NCBI RefSeq assembly: GCF_028641065.1
Contig: NC_073385.1
Span: 48,360,001 to 48,424,000, forward strand
Source: Leucoraja erinacea
Lineage: Eukaryota
Direction of reading: 5' to 3'
DNA length: 64,000 nucleotides
Under the pieces are notes generated by a model. The model did not search any database. It was not told the DNA's origin and worked only from the letters and a program-made list of their open reading frames with translations. A program made the translations under genes and the position numbers. Within the stretch, counting starts at the first letter, position 1. Each line of letters opens with the position of its first letter. Below are positions 13,334 through 27,110 of this stretch, piece after piece.

Positions 13334-14657
13334 TTGGAGTACACTGGAAATACTCAGCGGTGCTCAACACTCAAGACAACTTATGGTATAGGTTATTGAC
13401 TTGAAACATGAACTTGTTTTTCTCCCCATTCCTGATCAAGGAGCATTTAAGGTCATAAGCGAGCACATGATTACCCCTCAGGAGTAACCTTGAGATATTA
13501 CTTGCAGTTTCCATTTAAGTAACAATACATTTCACAAAAGGACACAAATTGCTGTTGTAACCTAGCAGGGTCAGGCAGCATCTCCGGAGAACATACATAA
13601 ATGCCATTTCCATTCAAGACCTTTCTTCAGACTGAGAGTCAAGGGGGGTGGGGGGTAAACTAGTGGTATAAAAAGGTTCAGAACGAGTATAATGCATAAA
13701 CATTAATTTGTACCAGAGGCAGCAGATCGGGTCTGAGTTTCTCATATGAAAAGCGATTGGACAACTTATTTTTAAATATATTTTTGTATATTGGGCTAAG
13801 TGTTATGTTGGCACGGTCAAGTGCACTGCTTAAACTGGAAAATATTGAGAAGAAAGTGGTATGTCTGCTTGAAAGACGATTTGAGAGGCTTCAAGAATCC
13901 AGTACTTTCAGATTAGAGTTGCACGTGGACTGTATCAGAATGAAATGAGAATAAATCCTTTTCACTGGAGAATATGAACCATGATATGATAATTTACAAG
14001 AGGATAAACCTTATTTTCCTTCTGCTTTCTACAAATAATGTTCACAATGTATTATAATAGAATTTCGGTTTGTGATACAGTGCCAGTTACAGGGCCAAAT
14101 TCAAGCCAACCATAAAGGCTGTCAATAAAAGTACTGCAGAGGACATTTGTGTTCTTTCCCCTCAAATTTCAAGTCCTTTACAGAAGTGTCAATACAAATT
14201 TGCATCACCAGAGTTTTAATAATGCAACTTTGCCCTGAACATTCCCAAAACAGTTCACATAAAATCAGCAGAATATTCTGCATGAACATTGGCTGTATTA
14301 ACATTATAGTGCACTCCATTCCTTTACAATATTGTCACTGGCAGCCATTCATATAATGCAAGTGTTATTTTTGCCAGAGCTGCCCAAAAAAGTTGGTTCT
14401 GCTCTCTTGGAACATGAAAGTAAAACTCAAGCAATAAACATGTGGAGATTGCGCAAGCACAAGTATTTTCGTGCCGCAACTCACAATATAAATGGAGATG
14501 GTTTTAATTGAATAGCAGCTCTGACAAGTTACGTAAAGTGGACCAGTAAAACCATCATGTACTAATAACGTGTATTTTCTATTTTTTATCTATACTCCGT
14601 TGTAGGTTCAATGGTAGAGGCAAGTACAAATCTAGCTGTATGCCGTATGCTGGAGAT

Positions 14658-15342
14658 TGACACAAAATGATGGAATAACTTAGTGGGTCAGGCAGCATTT
14701 CTGGAGTAAATAAATTGTCGACGTTTCGGGATGAGACCCTTCTTCAGACACAGAACAGTTGCAGCAATAAATACAGCTGAGAATGCCAATTTCAAGAATA
14801 ACCCTTCCCTCCTCCCAGGGACCCCAGCAATCCTTCCAGGTAAGACAGGGGTACACATGCACCTCCTCCAACCTCCTCTACCGCATCTGGTGTTCTCAAT
14901 ATGGTCTCTTGAACATCAATGAGACCACGCGTAAGCTCGGCAACCTTTTCGCAGAACATTTGCACTCGCTCCTTGAAGGTACACTGGGTTTCCCCAGCTG
15001 CTAACTATTTTAACTCCCCTCCCTGCTCCCATACTGACCCCTCTGTCCATTGCAGAGTGAGGCCACATGCAAACTCCCCCTCCTCCTACATTCCTTCCTC
15101 TGGCATCACAATTTATAACTCTTCAATCTGTTCTAATCTCCTGCCTTTACTCCCATAATCTACCTATCAATCTCACCTGTGTCCACCTATTACCTGCCAC
15201 GCTTTATCTTGCCTCTCTTCCAGCTTTCTTTCTTCCCTGCTCCCCAAATCAGTCTGATGAAGGGTCCCGACCCAAAATGTCAATGATCCATGTTCTCCAG
15301 AGTTGCTATGTAACCCGCTGAGTTGCTACAGCACTCTGTGTC
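14658..15342 (+). mobile_element. Degenerate Penelope element (GIY-YIG end) with inverted termini
   Basis: QSFQVRQ..TCTSSNLLY.I.C..CGLL.I.ET remnant; termini inverted, each with a hammerhead-like core. Confidence 0.8.
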
Positions 15343-16411
15343 TTTTAATTTTGATTTAATACACTGAATGTTAAAGCGCTATGTGTGGTTAAGTTTAAAG
15401 AAGGGGCAAATAATTCATCTTAAACAATGGAACAAAAAACAAACTTATTTCTCACTTGGTGCCAATTATTTTCTTTCAACATGGTACTACAGTGAGCAAC
15501 AATGAATAAGCAATGCACCGAAAATTGGGCAGATAAACAGAGCTGAAAGCCAGACAACAGTTTAAAACGAGAAAATGTTTTTGCTTGAATGTTTGTAAAC
15601 TTGGAAAGACCACATTCACGTTAACCAAACCTGACATCGGAATGCCAACAAAGAAAAGGAGTTTCTGTAATAGAAATGCTGTCATTATGGAATGTAAACT
15701 ATGGAAACCTCCTTCTCTACCAAGACATTTTAATTGCAAAGAGCAACTATAGTGCACAAAGCATTATTTGAACCAATATTGGTTTATTTTGCTATAATTA
15801 AGCTATATATAACTGCAATTTTAAGTCAACATTTATCAGTCAATGGTACAAACAACTGTAATAGCAAATAATAACTATTTGATTTTGTTTAAAGGCAAAT
15901 CAAATACCACAAATGCACTTAAACTGTTATGCTAATATACATCAACAGAATTTCTCCAAAATAATGAATGTATATTGTACTATAGAAAATCTAAAATGAA
16001 TGAATGCAGCAAAAATCTATGCAGCACGCAACAAATCTGCACACTTATGGCAATTAGCTAATTACTTTTTATTAAATGGGAAAGTTAAAAAAATTCTATA
16101 TATCTCCAAAATGTTGCAAATGAATCTTACAGCAAACAATACTGAATTTAAAACTAAATCAGCAACAATGAATCAAACAAATTGATTACCTCAATATCAA
16201 CCCATAACATCAGTGAGTAGGATACCAATTCCACAATATAACAAACAGCTGTATGTATTTCACTGCAAGGTAATGAAGTAAATTCAATAGTTCACTCTAA
16301 AGTGATACACCCCAAGCCCATTTAAAATTTAGCATGTCAATCAATTAAATTACCATTCTCTGCCAAAGCTCCAGATCCACACGTTCTGAAGCTAGAAGTT
16401 TCATTTAAATG

Positions 16412-17210
16412 TACAAGATACAAGATAAATTTATTTGTCACATGTACCAATTGGTACAGTGAAATGTGTGGTCACCATACAGACATACAAGTAATAAAGA
16501 GCACAATAAAGAGTCTTAACACAAACATCCCCACACAGCGGGATCAAAGTTTCCCACTGTGGGGGAAGGCTCCAAAATTCATCCATCCTCACGTGGCCGG
16601 GGGGCTCCTGAACCTCCCGCTGTCGCCGCTACAGGCGCCATGATGTTCAGGCCCGCTCGCCGGGGTGATGGAAGTCCGACGTCGGGACTGGAGGACATCC
16701 TCAGCGGCTTGGACACCTCCTACCGGAGTCCGCGGCTCCCGAAGACCACAGGCCGCTGGGCAGAGATTCAACGCTGGCGGCCCTCGGCAAAGGGCCCCAG
16801 GACTCCGCGATGTTGTTCAGCACCGGCCGCTTTGAAGCTCTTCAAACACAGCTCTGTGATGTTGGAGCAGCGGCCCAACAGTACAGAGCTTCAACGGCGA
16901 TCCCAGGTAGGCATCCGCCTGCTCCGCGATGAATCCAGTGCTGCACCGCGGCTGCTGGAGCTCTGGTCCGGGTCCCCGGCAGGAAAGGCCGCTCCAATCC
17001 AGTTGGTAGGCCGCGAAGAGGGGGAAGAGGACGGGTCCCTGCCAGGAAGTGACTGGGAAACAGATTCCCCCCTTACCATGACCCCCTCCCCCACATAAAA
17101 AAAGCTAAAGAATCCCCAAAACAAACTTTAAAACTGACCAAAAATTTTAAAAGATTGAAAAACAAACAGGCTGTAGGCAGAGGCTGCCTTCAATGCGGCG
17201 CACCTTGTGG
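16412..17210 (-). mobile_element. GC-rich non-coding retroposon (same family as 36818-37665)
   Basis: Colinear similarity to 36818-37665; (TATCTTG)n tail; 3' hairpin tgtacca-at-tggtaca. Confidence 0.75.
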
Positions 17211-17327
17211 CGGATCGACAGTCAAACTTGAGATCGACAGTCAATCTTGACTCGCAATAGCACTTTCGAACAAGTTCAAGATTAGTGGATTCAACCATTA
17301 CCCCAGAGACTTCAGTAGGTAACTAAA

Positions 17328-17745
17328 GGGTCTGTCCCACTTAGGCGACTTTTCAGCGGACTGCCAGCGACCTTCAAGCTCACGGCACTCGCCTGGAAAA
17401 CCGCGAACTGGAACGGCGACCATCAGAGCGCAACACACACATACACACACACACATCACATCGCAAAGGCGGGGGCCAAGGAAAGCTGGGAAGCGCTGTC
17501 TGAAATTCACATGGTGCAAAGCCAATGTGATACAGACACACGCCGTAATGAACAGGAAGGTTAAAGATAGCACAGTGTACGGTAAGTCCTTTAAAAGAGA
17601 GCGGGGGGGGGGGGGGGGGGGGGGCAGACACTTTTAAGAAGCCGGACAACTTTGAATAAGCCAGAGATACACAGCCGTGAAGTTTAGCGGGAATTTAACA
17701 TTACCGGTCGGTTTTCCTTGGTTCTGAAAACTCGTGCTTACTCCC
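17328..17745. mobile_element. Harbinger-like non-autonomous DNA element (one end)
   Basis: Terminus GGGTCTGTCCCACT, shared with the termini at 57857-57870 and 57968. Confidence 0.55.
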
Positions 17746-17941
17746 CTGCTGAAAGAACAAGGTTATGAAACTTGGACATTAGAGCAAAACCGAAGTTTAG
17801 TGAAATTCCTTCCAATTTGCAAACAGTATTACCTCAAGAGATTAAATTTACTCTGTAATGCCCCCAGTGATATTCAGATTTAAATTCCTCCATTACAAAA
17901 GCTACTTGTCATCCAGACACATCCAGGCACCAAATGAGTCA

Positions 17942-18137
17942 GATAGACACAAAATGCTGGAGTAACTCAGCAGGACAGGCAGCATCTCTGGAGAGAAGGA
18001 ATGGGTGGCGTTCAGACTGAAGAAGGGTCTCGACCCGAAACATCACCCATTCCTTCTCTCCAGAGATGCTGCCTGTGAGCTACTCCAGCTTTTTGTGTCT
18101 ATCTTCGGTTTAAACCAGCATCTGCAGTTCCTTCTTA
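17942..18137. mobile_element. Penelope-derived fold-back mini-element with central hammerhead core
   Basis: ~65-bp inverted arms; 14-bp TSD CACCAAATGAGTCA (17928-17941, 18138-18151). Confidence 0.85.
18017..18044 (+). ncRNA. Minimal hammerhead ribozyme core (Penelope-type)
   Basis: CTGAAGA-A-GGGTC TC GACCC-GAAAC-ATC: CUGANGA core, helix II, GAAA, NUH. Helix I is weak; activity untested. Confidence 0.55.
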
Positions 18138-18559
18138 CACCAAATGAGTCAATTAGTTTCAGGCTTTCACATCACCAGCATTACAAATGTATCAAGGTAA
18201 ATTCACTTTACGCTAACATTCTGTGCCTATGCTATAGGAGTATCTTCTGATGTCATCCTCGTTAATTCTTGTGAACTCAAGCACATAGGTATTTGACAAC
18301 ACTATGATGGTAAATTTCTTTCAACAGTTCTCAGCCATTGAATAATATCATGTCATTTTATTTCTCAGAAGAATGAACCTCAATAAATCCAACTGACGTG
18401 CAGAGATAGGGATGTGAAAGGAAATAAATCACATTGTAGTCATGATATGAACATATTGCAAATAAATTGTTTTTTTCCCTAAAATGCCGAGGATGAACAT
18501 TCTAGAATATGAGGCCCAAGCCTGGAAATCAAATGTTGTCATGCAATGAAAAATAAAGC

Positions 18560-20570
18560 TGGGCAACAAACCTCCTAGACCTGATCAGATATATCCAAAG
18601 GCAATGTGGGACGCAGAGAGGAAAGAGGCTGAGATATATGAATCATCGATAGGACATGGGTGCTCTGCTGAAAGACTGGAGGGTAGCTAATGCTGTGCCT
18701 TTATACAAGAAAGGCAGCAAAGAAAAACTTGGGAACTGTAGACCAGTAGGTCTAATAACATCTGTGGTAGGAAAGTTAGGGATAATATATACAAACATTT
18801 TGGAAGACGGATTGATTAGAGATAGTCAGTATGGGTTTGTACCTCATGTATTTGATGGATTTTTTTGAAGTAGCAACTAAGAAGGTTGACAATAGCAGGG
18901 CAGCAGACATATGAATCAGCAATGCCTTTGATAAGATTCTGCATGGTAGGCTAATAGGAAGGTTAGATTGTATGGGACCAGGGAGACCCAGCTAATTTCT
19001 TACAGAATTGGTTTCATGGTAGGAAGCAGAGGGTAATGGTGGCAGGTTGTTTTTCAGTCTGGAAGCCTCTGACTAGTGGTGTGCCTCAGGGATCAGTGCT
19101 GGGCCCATATCTGACATCTATATTAACAATTTGGAGGATAATGTATGGCCTAATTAATAATTTTTCAAAGTATGTGGTATCAGACAGTGAAGATGCTTAT
19201 CAACTAGTACAGTTTGATCATGATCAGCTAGGCGAGTGGATCGCGGAATGGCTAATAGTTTAAATCAGTTAAGTGTGAGGTATTGCATTGGAAAGTCAAA
19301 CCAAGGCGTTGTATGGTAGAGTCATGGGAGGTATTGTCAAGCAAAGAGGTCTAGGAGTACAAGAACATCATTCCCTGAAAATAGTGTCACTAAAGATAGG
19401 ATGACGAAGAAGGCATTTAGCACATTGGACTTCATTAATCAAGGAATTGAGTACAGAGTCAGGACACCATGTTACAGTGAAACAAGATGCTGGTGAAGCC
19501 GTTAGAAGTATTAGAACATAGAACAGTACAGGACAAGAACATGCCCTTCGACTCACAATGTCCGCACCGAACATAATGCCAAGGTAACCTAATCTCCTCT
19601 GCCTGCTCGTGATTCATACATTCCCTCCATTCCCTGGATATCCAAGGCCTAACTAGAAGCCTCTTAAATGCCATTATTGTTTCTGCTTGCACCACCTCCT
19701 TGACAGCGCATTTCAGGCACCTACCATATGTGTACAAGTCATGCCCCACACATATTTAAATTTTGCCGATCTCACCTTAGAGCTGTGCTCTCTAGTCTCA
19801 CTGTATTTTCACCCTGGGGAAAAAAGCTTCTGACTGTTTATGCTATCAATACCTCTTGTAATTTCATACACTTCTATCTGGTCTTCCCTCAGCCTCTGAC
19901 ACTCCAGTGAAAACAATCCAAGTCTGACAACCTCTCTCTGTAGCTGTCACCCTCCAATCCAAGCATCACTCTGGCAAACTTCTTCAACCTCTCCAAAATT
20001 CCACATCTGTCCTGTAATGGGGCAACCAGAACTACACGTGTCCTTTACCACTCTATCTACTTCAGGGAGCTATGAACTTGGACCCCAAGGTATCTTTGTA
20101 CATCTATGCTGTTAAACATCTTGCTGTTGATTATATACTTTACCCTTACATTCAAAGTGTGTTTAGTTTTGGTCAGTTTAGTTAAGTTTGGAAAGAGTGC
20201 ATAGAAGGTTTCCAAGAATGTCGCCACAACTTGAAGGCCTGAGCTATAGGGAGAGGTTGAACACACTAGAACGTTGTTCCTTTGAGCGCAGAAGGTTGAG
20301 ATGATCTTGTAGAGATGTAAAATTATGATTGGAATTGTCTCCTTCCCAAGATAGATGATTCAAGAAATGCAGGACAGGTTTAGGTCAAGAGGGGAAAGAT
20401 TTAACAAGAACCCAAGGAGCAATATTTTCCACACAGGGGGTGATGTGTATTTGTGATTACCTGCCAGAGGTGGTAGTTGAGGCAGGTATAATAACAACAT
20501 TTAAAAAAACACCTGGACAGGTACATGGATAGAAAAGGTTTAGAGGGATATGGGCTAAACGCAGGTACAT
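18560..20570. mobile_element. CR1 RT fragment (+) with a second CR1 3' fragment (-, ~19510-20150) nested inside
   Basis: DWRVANAVPLYKKG, SGVPQGSVLGP motifs; (tagaaca)n tail at ~19512; the + copy resumes at ~20190. Confidence 0.8.
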
Positions 20571-22419
20571 TTCCGAGTACATGAGGTCATGAAGAAAATG
20601 TGAAAACTCTGCACAGACAGCACCCGTCAAGAATTGAACGCAATGTTTCTCCTTCAACCCAAAGTGTACTTTAGAAACATTTCACAAAATGTCCTTTTTC
20701 ACACCTTAATTCTCTCTCCTTTAAGAAAGTTAATGATCCCATATCCTATTTCTAAAAACCCTTTTCAATAGTCATTACTTTCAATTATTTGTGAAGGGAC
20801 AACTGTTCCGCACCACCTTTAAATGTGTACGGATTAGTATATATATTGTTGCCTTCCACTCCCCTAAAAAAAACCACAAAATGTGTTAATTTACATTTCT
20901 GTACATTAATGTCCACCTGCTATCATTTGTCCGTTTTTATCAGTCAGGAGGCTTAAGCATGATGTACTCATCTCATTGAGAGTTAGATATAGCTGTTAGG
21001 GCTAATGGAATCAAGGGATATGGGGAGAAAGCAAGAACAGGGTACTGATTTTGGATAATCAGCCATGATCATATTTAATGGTGGTGCTGGCTTCCACTCC
21101 TGCACCTATTTTATATGTTTCATTGTTTTTTTTAAAGTTGTGTGCCATTTACAATATTTCCACTCACATGATGTATACTCTGAAGACTTGGGCTTGAGTG
21201 CAACAAAAATGGTCATAATGGAGACTTCTGGGGAATATGACAGTGCTTCGCAACACTTAAAAATGGAAGAGGAAAGCTGATCTGCTTGTAAAGAGTATGG
21301 GCAAAGCCAAGCTATGGAACAGTTCAGCATATCAACACATTGTTGTCCTGTAGTTTGCCCCATTTATTCCCCTCCACTTTCATATCAATATGAAGCCTAC
21401 CACTCCTCCATTTCCAAGAAGGATTGGATGAATGTGCCATAATCTCTGCATCTGCCATTCTCATTTTGTTCATTTATATCCTGAGCCAGATGACTTTCCC
21501 CAATTAGAGGGTTGCCAGCTTTTCCAGCAAATTCTCCTTTATTTTATCCTTTCCAATATACCCACTACGTCCTATATTACTGGCATAACTCCCTTCTCCT
21601 CTGAAGCCACGTGCAATTAGCACTTCAGTCATGCCAGTTGCATTCTCAAGATGATTTTTTCCCCTTATTTGAAAATCACCATCCACCATTTCTGCATATA
21701 TAAACAACGACTCAAAAGTTGCTGCCCCGTTGTTAAATTTACTCTGCCTCGATTTCCTTCTTCCAAATATCCTCTGCAATTTCTGTGGCCAATTTTATCC
21801 TTTGCGGTGTTTCAAACCTTACAACTGTCACAGGCTTTATTTTCACGCGTCTCATTTTAATCTCTACATCTTAAACCACAACTTTAGTCCAGGCTGCTTG
21901 GCTGTAGTCTTAACCCTTTCCCTACCATACCACAGGCACTCCAGAGACAAAACGTTTCATCTTTGAATTCTTCCTCCTCCCCCCACCACCCATCCTCGTC
22001 CTTTATATACATTTTTCTAAAATCAGAGCACATTGACAGAATTCGGGGAGTTTTTATTTTCCATTCATCGTCAGAATTATAATTTTATTGCTGATTATAA
22101 TGCGAGCCCTAATCATCACAATATTCAGAAGCAACATTTCAACCACATTGTGACTACCAAAGACAAAACGGCAGAATCTCCGCTCAATGATCCAGTGTAT
22201 TCAGACATCTGATTGTGCGTCGACACACAAAGCAACAATAGGGCTGAAGATCGAGCTGGTCTTTTGAAATAAATGTGTGCTTTCCTCGCCCCCAAAATGC
22301 CCCCAATTCAACCTCTGGCAAGTTTCTTAAAAGTTGGATGAACTCAACAAACCCCCGCAACTAATTTGCACAGAGCGAAAGTGGGTAGATAGATCTATCC
22401 GTCCTTATCAGGAGGAAAG

Positions 22420-23200
22420 CGCAGGAAAGTAATTTAAACATGACTCGTCGATGATAAAGAGATAGAAACACAACACGCCCAAAGTTCCAGCGCCCGACAC
22501 CTTTTCCCGGGATTAGCACAAGGAGGACGCCGCCTCTCTCCAAATCGTTTCCTGGTATTTTTCAGAATAAGGTGCCGGAAACGATGTGTCCGGCGCTTTA
22601 CACCCGGCTTTGTACAACACTCCCTCCCCACTCCGGCCGCTCGCACTCACGGACTAGGCCCGAGCGCCGGCACAAACTGGCAAACTAAGCCGCCGCCGAA
22701 CCACGGATCCCAACCACGGAGCCTCGCCAACCTGTTGATGGAGGACGGACCTCTTGCGGACTTCAGGCTCGAACCACCGAGCACCTGAGCCCTGCCCGGG
22801 CGGGCTGGCTGGCTGGTTGGTTGGCGAACTGACCTGGGCAGCCGGTGGGTCGCTGCCACCCCGCGGAGTCCCGGAGCCTCCAAGGACGGCGGCCGCCTGC
22901 AAGGAACCGACTGGCTACTCGCTCGTGGACGCGTGCGCGCGCCCCGTCCACCCGCCAGCTCGCTCCCGCGCTCCCGTGCGCGCGCCCAACCGCCCGGCCT
23001 TCTGTCAACGTCCATTGGAGCAGCGAGCGACCGTCGTCAAGCCAACGCCCACCCCGGGCTCGGGTTCGGGCTCGGGCTCGCGGGGGCAAAGGTGAAGCTG
23101 AGCTATGCCAGGAATACCTTGTGTTTTGCAACGCGGTGGAAGCAGAGGAGGTGACGAGAGACAGCAGGAACGTGGGAATCACAGCGCTTCACTGCTCAAG
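22420..23200. promoter_or_regulatory. CpG island promoter of the next minus-strand gene (probably PALS1/MPP5 by synteny)
   Basis: Dense CpG, non-repetitive, GC-rich island with a minus-strand CCAAT at ~23014-23018 and splice donors on its downstream side. Gene identity is inferred only from the GPHN-PALS1 order in other vertebrates. Confidence 0.75.
22651..22990 (-). other. Putative non-coding first exon (5'UTR), donor TCC|gtgagt at 22650; alternative donor CAG|gtcagt at 22833
   Basis: Consensus donors within the CpG island; no recognisable coding sequence. The TSS is a guess. Confidence 0.55.
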
Positions 23201-25089
23201 CAGTGAAAGCAGATCTGGCAGAACGACAAGGCGAACTTTTTGATTCCACTCCTCCCGTTTTGAACTGCTCCGTGTGACTTTGAAAAACCTAGGCATGTAC
23301 ATTGAGAGTGTGTTTCACTTCTGCAGTAATCTGCATCACCTAAATTACGTTGACAATTTTGAACCAAAGATCTGAACCAAAAGATTATCGCACAATTTCT
23401 GCTTCCCCTCTGTTCATACAGTTCGTTCAAATGAATTTACAAGCGACGTGGTTGCTGGTGTTGTTAAAAAGGCGAAAAATCAGCAAATATTTAAGACACT
23501 GATGGTTGAAGACTACATGGGAAATTAATTTGCTCAATTGCAAAGAAAACTGTACTGTGATCAAACAAAAAAGAGCAGGTTTCACTAAAACCTTTTCAGC
23601 TATTCGGAATTTGGATTTTCATGGAGAAGCTGAATAGACTATTGTGAGTAAAATACCGAAGATAGACTGTCGCGCTGAGTTACTCCAGCATTTTCTATCT
23701 ATCTTTTGCTAGTAAATACATATATTTTCCATTAGTCTGTGCAATGTTTTGAAACTCTTCCTTCTTTCATTAGGATTAGTTTCCATTTTTTACATCGCGG
23801 TTCCCTCTACCCATTCTGGTTTCTGGGTGCGATTTCCAATAATCGGAAATTGGTAGTATGACACAAACACCGTTATTGATGAGTGATTTCCCTGTTTTTG
23901 TTATGTTTTGTTCCCCTGAATGCAGTTTCTTAATTGGTTTATTAGACGGCGCAGGTTTTTGAAAACGAAATTGACAACTGATGCTTCTACGCGCAATTTA
24001 ATAAATAAGAATAAACGATTGTCAATTCCATGCCCATATGTCGATCTTTTTTTTAAAGCTGTAATTATAAATATTTACCACTGGTCACGTGCAAGACCGA
24101 TAGCGCTTGGCTGAATGTTGACATTCCAAGAGAAAATAACACAACGGAACACGAAATTCCATTGTACAATGAGAGTTACTCGCCTTATTGTCCTCGTCTC
24201 GTTGTCTTTGTTATCGCCGACTTAATGCGTTGTGTAGCGGATGAGGAGCGAAGACATTTCTTCAGAAGCTCAAACGTGATGGACAGAACACCTTACTGTG
24301 ATAACCAGAACTAATACCATCAATAGTTTTGAAACTCACTGGGATCCGTGTGGACCTTTTCGAAATGAAATATGTTATTTCTCCCGTAATTCACACTCTT
24401 GTGTGGAATGCCTGTTTCAAAAGATCACCACAGATTTCATCTGGATTGTCGAAGAGTGCCTCCAGGAGGACTGAGTAGTTCTTGTAATTTAAAGTTAGAT
24501 GATTAGAAAGTCAGATAATTTGGACATAATAAACTGAAGACTGTTTCATTGAATTTCACTAATTAATTTCACTAATTTTACATTTTAATAGTCCGAACAT
24601 TTAAAATATGCATTTGACATTATGTCATATGAATATACACTACAATCTCAATATCTGTCAGTGGCTTCTGTCTTATCATGTACCTCCCCATTGATTTCAA
24701 AATACAAATAATCCTTGAGATACCGCAAAACTAAATGATGATTGAACCTTTGGCTAATTGGCATATGTTGCCTTTCACTAATCATCTTTGAAATCTTTAC
24801 TTCGTATAGTTTTCTCAGTGCTTCAGAATTTAAAAAATAACCGATTCGCAATTGTGTTTAAAGTCAGTGTTCTTACTTAGGGGTGTCTCCTTTCCCTTTA
24901 TACCCATCTCCAGATTTCAAAACTCGTTTGCATGTGAATTACTTGTATTTTCTCCAACCAAATTGTCTTGGGGCTATTTTTACGTTATTCTACAAACGTC
25001 CAACTGTAAACTGAAGAAGAAATTTGATGCAGTGCCATGTTAAATTGTTGATTCCATCCAGCCATTCTATTTTATGTCCACTTACGCAA

Positions 25090-25232
25090 AGAACAAACTA
25101 CTGGAGGACCCCAGCAGGCCAGGCAGCATCTGTGGAGGGATACACAAAATGCTGGAGTGTCTCAGCGGGACAGGCAGCATCTCTGGAGATAAGGATTGGA
25201 TGACGTTTCGGGTCGAGACTCTTCTTCAGAGT
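25090..25232 (-). mobile_element. Penelope terminal fragments with hammerhead core (minus strand CTGAAGA..GAAACGTC)
   Basis: gacgtttcgggtcgagactcttcttcag on the + strand; a related copy lies at ~25865-25980. Confidence 0.7.
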
Positions 25233-27110
25233 GAATCGGACATACAATGTTTCCGCTCATTCTTCATTCTCCACATAAAAACAGGACATTCGGCCATTGA
25301 CCACGCCCCGCCATTAAATAAAAATTCTGCCAATCTTATACCCAAGTACTCTTTCCAGCACTAATCTCTTGATTCATTTAATTTAAATAATTAATCTTAA
25401 ATATACTCAGTGAATAAAGCCCCACATTATCTAGTGCAGAGAATTCCAAAGATTCACGGCACCCTGGGTGAGAAAAATCCCTTCTCATGTCATGTGATTG
25501 ATAAAAGACTAAGTTGTTCCACTCAGGCTGCAGCAACTGAATAGCAGTGGCAGGAACTTCCTGCCAGTGCAAACAAAAAGTAATTTCAAACATTCCTAAC
25601 AATCTTGCAGAATTTCTGTATATTGTATAGAACAATTAGTTGTTCACAACTATCCAATTGATTATTCAAAGAGAATGCCCTGTTCTTATTCAAATACATT
25701 ACCATAAGACCTTTTATGATCTCTTAAAAGAGAAGTGGGACGTTTAAAGAAAGGATCTCTGATAAAGTCTTTGGAAGAAGGTGAATTATTACAGGAAAGA
25801 GGAACTCTGAAGACTGAAGAACACCATATGTTCCGTAGCACTGAAGGGCAGCTTAAAAATAGTGCAGGAATGAACTGCAGATGCTGGTTTAAACCAAAGA
25901 TACACACAAAAAGCTGGACAGGCAGCATCTCTGGAGAGAAGGAATAGGTGATGTTTCGGATCAAGACCCTTCTTCAGATTGGAAGTTAAATTTTGGTCGA
26001 ATTAAAAATTTGGGCATGGTGGAGGGGTAGGATGGAGAAAGAATGCAGTAATGGAAGTGGAGAAGATTCAAAAAATATTAATTAAAATACAGACGTCAAG
26101 TTTCCTTAATATTTGAAACAAAAGCAGGAATTCAGTTAACAGCTGACATTAAAAGTTAACAAGGGTTTTCCAGATTAATTGTTCTGCCAAACAAAGTATC
26201 TTTCACCAGACTAGTTCAGAAAATAAAACTTAAGAAGAATTTTAAGCCATTTGTTTTCTGGGTTGGCGTTCACTTTGAAAATCCAGCCTCAACTGAAAAT
26301 TTTCGCTGAACCAAATATCTTAACCGAGTGCACAAATAAAACTCAGGAAATTATGAAAATGAAAAGCAGATGCAAATACCCCAACATTTACATTTTTCTC
26401 TCTCCCGATCCAGCAGAATTTCAATAAATCAGGTTCAAGCCAAACTGCAGTTAGTTTGTGTTTACAATTACTTGAAAGCTAAGCTGACACCTGATGCTGA
26501 CCAGGTCTGCATTGGTGTATGTATAGAAGGATTCTGCACTCCAGAGCAAGAAACTGAGATGCATAACCATGCCTGGCAGAGTATTGTGTGGTTATGCATA
26601 AGTAGCAGTACTACTCTGTTCATTAGTAGTACTACTAAAGAAAATAATGACTGACACAGCCAACCTTTAAGAGCTGACGATGTAAGGGAATGTTGCAGTT
26701 AAGTTTCCAGAAGTAAAAGGAATCTGCTCCTTATATTATCTTTAGGTATAATCTAGATTAATGGGAACTAGGATTTAAACCAGAGCATCTGAAATCTCTG
26801 TAATGTTAACATTTAATTTGAAGTTGCTCATAACATTTTACCGAAAAACACCACAGACATTATGATCAAACCGCATAATTTGAGAGGCAGAATAAATACT
26901 TTGAACCTAGTGTCAAATTTCTAAAATTCGCAGCTTTTATTTGCATGGGAAAACCTTTAAGAATGGAAGGACAAATTACCATTCCCTGCTCTCTCCCAGA
27001 CATTCAGCCTTTGTTGGCCCAATACACTTGGTCCATCAAGAAGACTGATTTATTTCAGGTCATGAGGAAAACAGGAAAATTCAAGGGCTTCAGATCATTC
27101 TTACAAGTGC

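Noticed and set aside
16559-17098. 179-aa ORF, and similar GC-rich ORFs at 9241-9839, 36983-37565 and 39634-40400
   Set aside because: They lie in GC-rich repeat copies, are open in several frames on both strands, and show no recognisable domain or conserved frame between copies.
17603-17624. Long poly-G tract (also poly-C at ~28390) as a functional G-quadruplex
   Set aside because: Homopolymers inside TE copies; length is unreliable and there is no evidence of function.
22647-23243. Overlapping Arg/Pro/Ala-rich ORFs
   Set aside because: Stop-codon depletion typical of a CpG island; no recognisable protein.
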